Below, piece after piece: positions 1 to 7,262 of a stretch of DNA of 15,366 nt (position 1 is the stretch's first letter; each line of letters begins with the position of its first letter). The stretch spans positions 1 through 15,366 of the forward strand of contig JAEORO010000207.1 in assembly GCA_016840855.1 (NCBI GenBank), in the 5' to 3' direction. This DNA is from Candidatus Thorarchaeota archaeon. GTDB taxonomy: Archaea > Asgardarchaeota > Thorarchaeia > Thorarchaeales > Thorarchaeaceae. Under the pieces are notes generated by a model. It did not search any database. It saw nothing but the letters and a program-made list of their open reading frames with translations, and was not told where the DNA came from. The position numbers and the translations under genes are program-made.

Positions 1-287
1 ATGAGTTCTGGATCCGCATTAAACCTGATATGGAGTTGGGGAAGGGTGTGAGCAAGAAAGAGTTTGGAGGAGGATTGTATGCTGTAACGAGATGCAATCT
101 AACTCAAGAGTCAAAGTCTGCATTTTTGCATGAGCATGGGGTATTAGAGAGCTGGGCCAGACTCAGTGAATGGTTCAAATCGAGTGGGTACAAAAAGGGG
201 AAACATCAGTGGCTAGAGAAATCAGTAAATCCAAACAAACCGGATGAGGATTTACTTCTTGACCTACACTTTCCCATTGAAAAATAA
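1..287 (+). CDS. GyrI-like small-molecule-binding (AraC effector-binding) domain protein, 5'-truncated by the window edge
   Basis: Frame is open from position 3 (EFWIRIKPDM...). KEFGGGLYAV, SWARLSEWFKSSGY, WLE and terminal DLHFPI match the GyrI-like pattern. TAA at 285-287. Confidence 0.8.
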   Translation, partial: EFWIRIKPDMELGKGVSKKEFGGGLYAVTRCNLTQESKSAFLHEHGVLESWARLSEWFKSSGYKKGKHQWLEKSVNPNKPDEDLLLDLHFPIEK

Positions 288-297
288 TAACTAAAAT

Positions 298-355
298 GTG
301 GAACACGGATGCTCTCACCCGTCTGCTAGAAGAGTGCAAGGCTTCCATGCTCCAC
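298..355. other. Imperfect stem-loop: 12-bp outer stem, 7-bp inner stem
   Basis: gtggaacacgga (298-309) vs tccatgctccac (344-355); tgctctc (310-316) vs gagtgca (332-338). Outer stem pairs fully only on the minus strand, using two G-U pairs. Confidence 0.6.
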
Positions 356-368
356 TTCTTTTTTTCTT
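356..368 (+). terminator. Oligo-T tract, possible archaeal terminator of the GyrI-like gene
   Basis: Pyrimidine run with 7 consecutive T about 70 nt after the stop codon, directly after the hairpin. Confidence 0.45.
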
Positions 369-729
369 AACAAATATACTTGTATGTTTCTACTAATGGG
401 ATAAGCCTCCTAAATCAAATAGATGAAGTTAACACAATATCGGAAAGTAACATAATGGAAATAAATAGTGACGCAATTCCATCACTCAAAAATCGTACCA
501 ACTAGGAGAAATTAGGCTTCAATAGTGTTGATAAGGACCTAATGAGATACATTTTGAAAATCAACGAAGAATAGCTCGAATATATACAAAACTATTCATC
601 TAATGTTCCAATTAACGCACAAATTCATAATTACTGTTTGAAAAAAAATTGACTAAGATTATTACATTTTGAGTAGCATATATACGTGAGCATCGAACCT
701 TCAAAATATCCACGCATTTGAAGGACAGC

Positions 730-885
730 ATGTCATTGAACAACGACGCCTGCAGGCAACCATACGGATATGCAAGAAACATCACGAACACCAGAATAGA
801 AAATCCGAAATCAGTTATTGATTCGGATCTTAAGGTTGAGAAACCAATGGAAGTGATGTGGAATGAAAAGGAAAATTCCGTATGA
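730..885 (+). CDS. Possible 51-aa hypothetical protein (MSLNNDACRQ...EKENSV)
   Basis: Hand translation; aagga just upstream of the ATG; no recognisable motif. Confidence 0.2.
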   Translation: MSLNNDACRQPYGYARNITNTRIENPKSVIDSDLKVEKPMEVMWNEKENSV

Positions 886-919
886 AGCATGGAGCAGGAC
901 ATGTGCTAAATTATCGAAT

Positions 920-955
920 TCTGTAAATCCAAAAGCAAGTAAATCTGTAAATCCA
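920..955 (+). repeat. Direct repeat tctgtaaatcca x2
   Basis: Exact 12-mers at 920-931 and 944-955, period 24. Confidence 0.85.
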
Positions 956-965
956 TTTAGTGGAA

Positions 966-1002
966 GTTCCGAATCCCACATTATTGTTCCGAATCCCACA
1001 TT
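966..1002 (+). repeat. Direct repeat gttccgaatcccacatt x2
   Basis: Exact 17-mers at 966-982 and 986-1002, period 20. Confidence 0.9.
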
Positions 1003-1006
1003 GAAA

Positions 1007-1022
1007 AAGGAGGTAGTGGTGA
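1007..1022 (+). promoter_or_regulatory. Shine-Dalgarno motifs (aaggaggt; ggtga)
   Basis: aaggaggt at 1007-1014 precedes in-frame GTG 1019; ggtga at 1018-1022 precedes in-frame ATG 1028. Confidence 0.6.
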
Positions 1023-1027
1023 GAACG

Positions 1028-1276
1028 ATGTCTAGAGCGATGAGCGGACAAAAGCATTCTTTTAAAGTCATTTTACCCGAAAAGGTAAATGACCATACAG
1101 ACCACGAATTAAGACTCATGTTAGTATCTCTGAAAAACGCAATTATTGCTAGCTCTGTCCACATTTCAAAGATTGAAAATGAGCTAAGGAAGAGGGGTAA
1201 AGTTTCTAGCATACTTGAAAATGCAAGATTGGTACCCTTCGACGAACTTGAGATCTACGAGGATTTTGGCGATTAA
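1028..1276 (+). CDS. Small helical hypothetical protein (about 82 aa), paralogous to the N-terminus of the next gene
   Basis: 3' part of ORF 863-1276. Start re-called to 1019 or 1028 from the SD motifs and because the upstream part is repeat DNA. Stop overlaps the next start (TAATG). 15/43 ungapped identities to the next protein. Confidence 0.75.
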   Translation: MSRAMSGQKHSFKVILPEKVNDHTDHELRLMLVSLKNAIIASSVHISKIENELRKRGKVSSILENARLVPFDELEIYEDFGD

Positions 1277-1986
1277 TGATGGAAAGTAGAATCGAAAGAA
1301 GGAAACTATCAGTTTCCGAGATTCTACCTAGCGAGCTAAGAAACTACACAGATGAGGACCTAAGTAAGACATTGAATACACTTAGAGAAACTATTGAGTC
1401 ATGCGTAGCACAAATCGACATGATAGAACATGAAGTAAAAAAACGTGATGATCGTTCCACTGCAAAGACCAAAATTTCAAGTGAAAAAGATGAATTAGAG
1501 TATATTGATTCGTTAGAGCCTGTTGAGATTGCTCTAATATCAACAATTGAAGTGAGGAAGGATGGAACGGAGGGTTGTATCCTTTGTGGATTGTGTACTG
1601 AGGTTTGTCCATGGCAAGCTCCAATCATTATAGACAGGAAGCTAACAGTTCGTCAAGAGCGTTGCCGTGGCTGTGGCGTTTGCGTGGCAGCATGTCCATC
1701 AAGAGCTATTGATATGAAAGTCTATGAAACTGAGGATCTGTTAGATTTAATTCAATATGTTCTTAGAGAAGATATTCATTTTGCACACCCTGGTTCAGTT
1801 CACGAAGCGGTTGCAGAAGCGCAAATGGCACTGATGAACATTGAGAGAATGTTATCACACAGGGTCAGAGAAAAGAAAGTTGAAGATATGTTGCATACAT
1901 TAAGACGAATGGTTGACCGTATTGATAAGATGGGTGACCAGCTTAAAGGTGTGACAAAAGAGGTTCAAGTTACTTCAGGTTCATAA
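1276..1986 (+). CDS. 2x[4Fe-4S] dicluster ferredoxin-domain protein resembling the HdrA C-terminus, with helical/coiled-coil flanks
   Basis: Two CxxCxxCxxxCP motifs: CILCGLCTEVCP and CRGCGVCVAACPSRAI, followed by an HdrA-like tail (YETEDLLDLI). Confidence 0.88.
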   Translation: MMESRIERRKLSVSEILPSELRNYTDEDLSKTLNTLRETIESCVAQIDMIEHEVKKRDDRSTAKTKISSEKDELEYIDSLEPVEIALISTIEVRKDGTEGCILCGLCTEVCPWQAPIIIDRKLTVRQERCRGCGVCVAACPSRAIDMKVYETEDLLDLIQYVLREDIHFAHPGSVHEAVAEAQMALMNIERMLSHRVREKKVEDMLHTLRRMVDRIDKMGDQLKGVTKEVQVTSGS

Positions 1987-2012
1987 AGATTCTAGACCTA
2001 ATTGGTCCCAAG

Positions 2013-2073
2013 AAGTGCCTGAACCTGATTAGACAATTGATGTCTTATATTTCAGACAAAGTTCATGCCACTT
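2013..2073. other. Long interrupted hairpin followed by a T-rich stretch (possible terminator or UTR element)
   Basis: Nested pairs aagtg/cactt, tgaac/gttca, ctga/tcag, agaca/tgtct closing a 5-nt loop (attga). Confidence 0.5.
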
Positions 2074-2117
2074 GTTTTTAGTAAATTTCTTGAGATACTT
2101 TTACTAGTGATTTTTTT

Positions 2118-2912
2118 ATGACTGACCATGCAACTTCAAAAATCGTGCTCCAAGTAATTCACAACAGGAGATCGATTCGAGAGTTTTTAGACAAACCAGT
2201 TAGCAATGAAGTCCTAACTAAAATTCTGGCGGCTGGTTTTAGGGCTCCATTTGCGGCGCAACTATGCTCTGTTATTTATACACACAGTCTTGAAAAGATG
2301 AAAGAAGCGGGTATCTCTGCGTATCCAACAGCTCCAGTTCACATGATATTCTTTATTGACTTCTGTAGACTTGAGAAGATAATGGCTCATAGAGGGTATG
2401 AGTATGGGTATGACGACATGATGGCAATCTGGTTGGGCATACAAGATGTTGTCCTCATGATTGAAAATCTGACAATTGCAGCAGAGTCGCTGGGACTTGG
2501 CTCAGTTCTTTATGGTCTCACTCCACTAAAAGCTGATTCAATCGCAGAAACTTTCAATGTTCCGAAACGCGTCTTTCCAGTTGTAGGAATGAGCATCGGA
2601 TACCCAGACTCAGCAGAAGAAACCGAGATTCGACCTCGATTCCCTCTTGAGATGACTGCATTCAAAGATGAATATCTTCACCACACGGACGAAGACATCA
2701 AAGCTTGCATGAAGAAGATGGATGAAGGATTTCTGGCACAAGGATATTACATCAAATCTCGAACAAAGGTGGAACTCGTTGACAAAGAAGATACAATTGG
2801 ATTCGACAAGTACAGTTGGTCTGAACATATCTCACGGAAATTCAGAAGCGCCTCCAGAAAAGGCGACCCCCTCATTGATGTCCTAAGGCGCCACGGATTT
2901 GATCTGAAGTAA
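2118..2912 (+). CDS. Nitroreductase family flavoprotein (NfsA/Frp-like)
   Basis: IHNRRSIREF FMN-binding motif, AGFRAP, IAAESLGLGS, VVGMSIGYP and RPRFP with an NfsA-type C-terminal extension. Confidence 0.92.
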   Translation: MTDHATSKIVLQVIHNRRSIREFLDKPVSNEVLTKILAAGFRAPFAAQLCSVIYTHSLEKMKEAGISAYPTAPVHMIFFIDFCRLEKIMAHRGYEYGYDDMMAIWLGIQDVVLMIENLTIAAESLGLGSVLYGLTPLKADSIAETFNVPKRVFPVVGMSIGYPDSAEETEIRPRFPLEMTAFKDEYLHHTDEDIKACMKKMDEGFLAQGYYIKSRTKVELVDKEDTIGFDKYSWSEHISRKFRSASRKGDPLIDVLRRHGFDLK

Positions 2913-2967
2913 AATGTATAAATCTGCGTTCATATTTCAAAGCATCGCGTTTGGGATGTGGAGAAAA

Positions 2968-3810
2968 GTGAGCATTGAGCTACCAGAAGCGCAAATCATA
3001 GCTGAACAAATGATTCAGACAATGCTAGATAAGAAGGTCAAATCTGTTGCGCTTTCTAATTATCAGAAGCTACAGAAGATTGGATTCATTAATAGGAACA
3101 TAAAGGACTTTGACAAGCTCATTGAATGCAAAATAAAATCGATTGACTATCGCGGAAATGTCATCCACATTCAATTCAACAAGAAAATGAACTTAGTTCT
3201 CTGCGGTGATTATGGAGCGCAATATCGTTTCATAAGAAAAGGCGAAGAGTTACCAACCAAAATTCACTTCAAGATGGAATTCATAGATGGAACATTCTTC
3301 ACTATAAGGCAATCAGGTATGGGCTTGATCTACGCTGCAGAGGATAGTGAAGTTCCTAACCTCTATGTGTACAAACGAGACTTCTCTGATACTCCGTCTC
3401 CAGTAGGCGAACATGAGTTTACAAGTGAGAGATTTTCAGAGTTGCTGAACGAGAAGAAGCAGAACATCAAAGCTTCTCTTGTAGGAAAGACAGCTGTTGT
3501 TGTTGGTTTAAGTAATGCTGCTTTTCAGGAGATTATCTACAAAGCAGGCATTCATCCAAAGAGAAACACAGGCACCTTAACTGAAAATGAGAAAAGCAAT
3601 CTCTATGATTCAATGAAAGAGATTCTTAATGAGAGAATTTGTTCCGGAGGAAAAGACAACTTCGAAGACCTTTTCGGTAAAAAAGGTCGTCACATTCCAG
3701 TCATGGGACCTAACATGAAAGACAAAAATTGTCCACAATGTGGAGCAGCTATAGAAAAAATCTCACATGGTGGAGGACAGGTCTATCTTTGTCCTCGATG
3801 TCAGAGATAA
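2968..3810 (+). CDS. Fpg/Nei family DNA glycosylase-like protein (H2TH plus zinc finger), divergent active site
   Basis: ELPEA near the N-terminus, H2TH-like GLSNAAFQEIIYKAGIHP, zinc finger CPQC...CPRCQ. Start re-called to GTG 2968 (ggag upstream), giving MSIELPEA. Confidence 0.88.
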   Translation: MSIELPEAQIIAEQMIQTMLDKKVKSVALSNYQKLQKIGFINRNIKDFDKLIECKIKSIDYRGNVIHIQFNKKMNLVLCGDYGAQYRFIRKGEELPTKIHFKMEFIDGTFFTIRQSGMGLIYAAEDSEVPNLYVYKRDFSDTPSPVGEHEFTSERFSELLNEKKQNIKASLVGKTAVVVGLSNAAFQEIIYKAGIHPKRNTGTLTENEKSNLYDSMKEILNERICSGGKDNFEDLFGKKGRHIPVMGPNMKDKNCPQCGAAIEKISHGGGQVYLCPRCQR

Positions 3811-3828
3811 TTATGAGACAAAACACTT

Positions 3829-5052
3829 TCAATATTCTGAGTGAACCATCTGTTTCTTCAAATGTATATTTCCAGTGATGTAATGACTAACAAGATAACA
3901 GAGGAGAACTGCTAGAGGAAATACAATCCCTATTTTTACTATGGGACTAATATCTAAGATAGCAATTCCGAGAGAAATAGCGACTAAGATAGGTGGATGA
4001 ATAAGGTACATATGATATGCACTAGCGGACACATTTCGGAGCAAAGACCCTTGCTTATTGAATCTAGCATAAAAAACCTTAATCAAGACAAAAATGACCC
4101 CCATACATATTACATTATCAGCCATGGCAAATAGAAATGCATGGATGTTGAACCCACCAGAGAAGACTACAAGGTTTGCATCTACTCCTAAAACAAGAAA
4201 GAAATCTAGGTAAATTATAGCTGCAGAAAATAGTATTGTTGTCAACCATAGTTTGACATGTTTTCTAGTCATCTTTTCAAACCAAAGATAACGAACACTA
4301 ATGATACCAACACCGAACATCATTAGATATTGAATTATTTGACCAAGGGGTATTTCGAATGGACGTACATCTATAGGGTAGAATATACGAATCAAAAAAG
4401 TAAGAAATCCTAAGCCAATTGCTAGTAGGAGTAAATAGAGATACCGAGGTATAGGAAGTTCCTTTGGGATTTTCAGATTCACTGACTCTAATTTTGTAAT
4501 TTGTCGCCAGAGTGTGTAAACAACAGTAAAGAGTAGTAAGACCTTGAGAAACCACATTGGCCCGGAAAATGATAGAAAGTCAACAAAGTCATTCCATGAT
4601 AGGAATATGAAATAATAATAATCCAAGAAAGAGCCTTGTAGTGCTGGGTTGGTATTCCAAGGAGCGATTCCTATTTTGGCTAGTATATAGATCATGAGTG
4701 GGTTGATTAGTATCACGTAGAAAATAAGAGGAATGCCAAGTCGAACAAGTCGTTCTTTCCAGAAATTGTAAACTCCTTTTCGATCATAACTATTGGGAGT
4801 AAAATAACCTCCCAACAGGAAGAACAATCCCAAAAGCGAGGACTGAAATATTCCACCAATTGAAACGAGTAGCAAAAGGAATACATAGCTGATAGGATCG
4901 ACAGGATTAGACTCTTTGTAGTACCACCAACCAGCTTCAACATAGGTGACCATCACATGCCAGTAGATCACTAGGATTGTAAAAAGCACCTTAATATTAT
5001 CAAGGAAAAGATATCGCGGTTTCTTCGACAAATATTCCTGAGAATGAGTCAT
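3829..5052 (-). CDS. Acyltransferase family 3 integral membrane protein (OpgC/MdoC-like)
   Basis: RYLFLDNIK...H, LFFLLGGYF, ERLVRLGIP, GPMWFL, SAYHMYLIHPP; many hydrophobic segments. Confidence 0.92.
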   Translation of the reverse strand: MTHSQEYLSKKPRYLFLDNIKVLFTILVIYWHVMVTYVEAGWWYYKESNPVDPISYVFLLLLVSIGGIFQSSLLGLFFLLGGYFTPNSYDRKGVYNFWKERLVRLGIPLIFYVILINPLMIYILAKIGIAPWNTNPALQGSFLDYYYFIFLSWNDFVDFLSFSGPMWFLKVLLLFTVVYTLWRQITKLESVNLKIPKELPIPRYLYLLLLAIGLGFLTFLIRIFYPIDVRPFEIPLGQIIQYLMMFGVGIISVRYLWFEKMTRKHVKLWLTTILFSAAIIYLDFFLVLGVDANLVVFSGGFNIHAFLFAMADNVICMGVIFVLIKVFYARFNKQGSLLRNVSASAYHMYLIHPPILVAISLGIAILDISPIVKIGIVFPLAVLLCYLVSHYITGNIHLKKQMVHSEY

Positions 5053-5185
5053 CTTGTAATTTCATTTCACGACATTTTGATGAGGTTTGATATAAGCATG
5101 TTTGTTCTTTGAGCCCAGTACTCGTAACTCAGCTAGGTAGTATAGCGTTGTGGTCAGGTTTATCTTCATCACTGATGCCGGAGAT

Positions 5186-5276
5186 AAAAAGGTAAGAAAT
5201 AAGAGCAAGCAGTGTCAATGCTGTGTAATTCACAGGGTCCAATTGTGAGGAGTGGAGTATCCTTTAGCTTCAACAT
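5186..5276 (-). pseudogene. Possible degraded fragment of an acyltransferase-3 paralog
   Basis: 5186-5248 reads SQLDPVNYTALTLLALISYLF vs NPVDPISYVFLLLLVSIGGIF in the neighbouring gene; 11-mer agcttcaacat shared at 5266-5276 and 4933-4943. Confidence 0.3.
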
Positions 5277-5342
5277 GCAACTAGAGGTAAACTGAACATC
5301 GATTTCCTTTTTCATTCTCACAAAAGATATCAATTTGCACAA

Positions 5343-7229
5343 ATGGGAGGCGGAACATATTTGGTACCTATATTTGATAGGCGAACCAATGCGTATATTC
5401 TAGTTCTTGCTTTCATTCTGATGGCAATTTCTCCAGCACTTACCGCGGATGCAGTGAATATACCGAGTGACCTCAATACGGGCCCATATGTAGACAAGGT
5501 TGTCTTTAAAGTGATTGATGATTTTGATCAAAAGATTCTTTCACTTTTATCTGGTGATATTGAATTTGACACACACTTCAACACTCCAGATATAATACCA
5601 GTGTTGATTGAACATCCCGATATCAGTGTCTATACAGCCTTACGATATGGGTATGGCCACATCACAATAAATTGTGGCAAATATCCCCTAAATATTACTG
5701 GGTTCAGGAAGGCCTTTGCATATGCCTTCGATAAGACTCGTGTGACTATTGATGTTTGGAAAGGCTATGCGCAGAATCATGACTCTCTGTTACCTTATTT
5801 GAATGAGTTTTGCATTGAGGATCAACTACCATATCATTATTACCTTGCTCAACCGGAATTAGGCAATCAAATTCTTGATGACTTAGAATTCGATGTTGAT
5901 CCAGTAAGTGGCTTTAGAAACGCTCCAGATGGAACACCTTTCAAGGTAATAATTGAATATGCCTCATCACGGTATGAGATAGCTGGTGCTTCTGCTCAAA
6001 TTGGTGTTGATGCATTGCTCTCATTGCATGTTAATGCTGAAATATGTCAAACATCTTTCTGGGACATATATACTAGGCTTGACAATCATGAAGATTATGA
6101 TATGGTCTTCTACGCTTTCAACTTCCTGTCGAATGAAATAGATGCTATGTTATCTGAGTATTGGTCAAAATTCATAGATGTTCCCTCTTTCAATCCGTGC
6201 AATTTTAAAAACCAAACATTCGATTCTTGGTACAATAGGCTCCTCTACAGCACAAGTTATGAGGAGATCTTGGAGGCTGCTTCTGCGATACAACTGATTC
6301 TGCATGAAAATGTTCCTAGGCTCGTGGTGTACAACAACATGTTTATGGCTGGCTATAGAAATGATGTCTATACGGGTCACATTGAAGATAAAAGACATTA
6401 CGTGGTCGGTCCATGGACATTCAGGAAAATTCAAAAAATTGATGGCAATACTGGTGGGACAGTCAAAGTAGGAATTGAATCATCCCAACTTTGGTCATTC
6501 AATATTTTTGTAGATCCTTATACCCCAACGTCTTTGCTCCTGTGGTCAAGTCTGTATTCAATGGATCCAAATCTTAATCCATGGCCATATCTTGCGAAGA
6601 GTTGCATAAAAGAAACACACGCTGAGAATCGAGCTGTGCCGGATGGTCATTCTCGATTTACATTTGACCTCATCGAAAATGCTACTTGGAGTGATGGAAC
6701 ACCATTAACAGCAGATGATGTTGCTTTCACATTCAACTACTTAGTAGAAAGTAGTGTTTATGGAAATTTGGCTGCTGCACCATTTTTTGAATTGGTAGCT
6801 GCGTATACTCCTAGACCTTTCAGGGTGGTAATCGAGTTCAGTACAGACTCATACTGGCATTTCTATAATATTGCATACACAAGAATAATACCTAAACACA
6901 TCTTCTCCGAACCTGATGGAATTGGCTATAGAAAATGGGGATATTGGAACCCAGTATTCGATCCCAAGGAACCTTATATTACATCTGGACCATTCAATTT
7001 GACAGACTTCGAAACTGGAGATTTCTGTGAGTTGTCTGTAAATCGAGATTTTTGTTATTTTCCAAACCTAAACATGTCAACAACAAGTGAAACTACACCA
7101 ACAACCTACCATGGTGAGCCATTCAATGTGTCTTTAGCTATCACTGGTGGGGCAGTAGGTGCTGCTGCAGTGATTCTTGTAGGCGGGTTTATTCTACAAA
7201 AGCAAAGGATTCTCAACTTAGAAAGATGA
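5343..7229 (+). CDS. ABC-type peptide/nickel family 5 solute-binding protein, circularly permuted, C-terminally membrane anchored
   Basis: FRKAFAYAFD, WSDGTPLTADDVAFT, PWPYLA, IIPKHI and SGPF motifs; N-terminal signal-like segment; Thr-rich linker and C-terminal TM helix. Start may be TTG 5361 (ggagg at 5346-5350). Confidence 0.9.
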   Translation: MGGGTYLVPIFDRRTNAYILVLAFILMAISPALTADAVNIPSDLNTGPYVDKVVFKVIDDFDQKILSLLSGDIEFDTHFNTPDIIPVLIEHPDISVYTALRYGYGHITINCGKYPLNITGFRKAFAYAFDKTRVTIDVWKGYAQNHDSLLPYLNEFCIEDQLPYHYYLAQPELGNQILDDLEFDVDPVSGFRNAPDGTPFKVIIEYASSRYEIAGASAQIGVDALLSLHVNAEICQTSFWDIYTRLDNHEDYDMVFYAFNFLSNEIDAMLSEYWSKFIDVPSFNPCNFKNQTFDSWYNRLLYSTSYEEILEAASAIQLILHENVPRLVVYNNMFMAGYRNDVYTGHIEDKRHYVVGPWTFRKIQKIDGNTGGTVKVGIESSQLWSFNIFVDPYTPTSLLLWSSLYSMDPNLNPWPYLAKSCIKETHAENRAVPDGHSRFTFDLIENATWSDGTPLTADDVAFTFNYLVESSVYGNLAAAPFFELVAAYTPRPFRVVIEFSTDSYWHFYNIAYTRIIPKHIFSEPDGIGYRKWGYWNPVFDPKEPYITSGPFNLTDFETGDFCELSVNRDFCYFPNLNMSTTSETTPTTYHGEPFNVSLAITGGAVGAAAVILVGGFILQKQRILNLER

Positions 7230-7262
7230 TTTAAGAAAGGTATATGCTGATTGCAATCACAC

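Noticed and set aside
284-370. tRNA fragment or integron attC site
   Set aside because: No cloverleaf or T-loop consensus; no matching GTTRRRY box downstream of the taac.
380-652. Frame that would be about 90 codons if two TAGs (503, 572) were read as pyrrolysine
   Set aside because: TAG ends apparently complete genes here (TPR gene, kinase gene), no Pyl machinery is visible and the peptide has no recognisable motif.
730-909. Selenocysteine readthrough of TGA 883 in the small ORF; hairpins at 298-355 and 2013-2073 as SECIS elements
   Set aside because: Readthrough adds only a few residues with no redox motif, neither hairpin shows a convincing AUGA/GA core, and the ferredoxin gene has no in-frame TGA.
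920-1002. CRISPR array
   Set aside because: Units are only 12-17 nt in two copies each, gaps are 3-12 nt and there are no cas genes.
863-1015. N-terminal extension of the 137-aa ORF
   Set aside because: Made largely of DNA repeats, one with a non-triplet period; strong SD motifs point to a start at 1019 or 1028.
2914-2967. ATG 2914 as the start of the Fpg-like gene
   Set aside because: ELPE is expected at the extreme N-terminus, and GTG 2968 has an SD-like ggag upstream.
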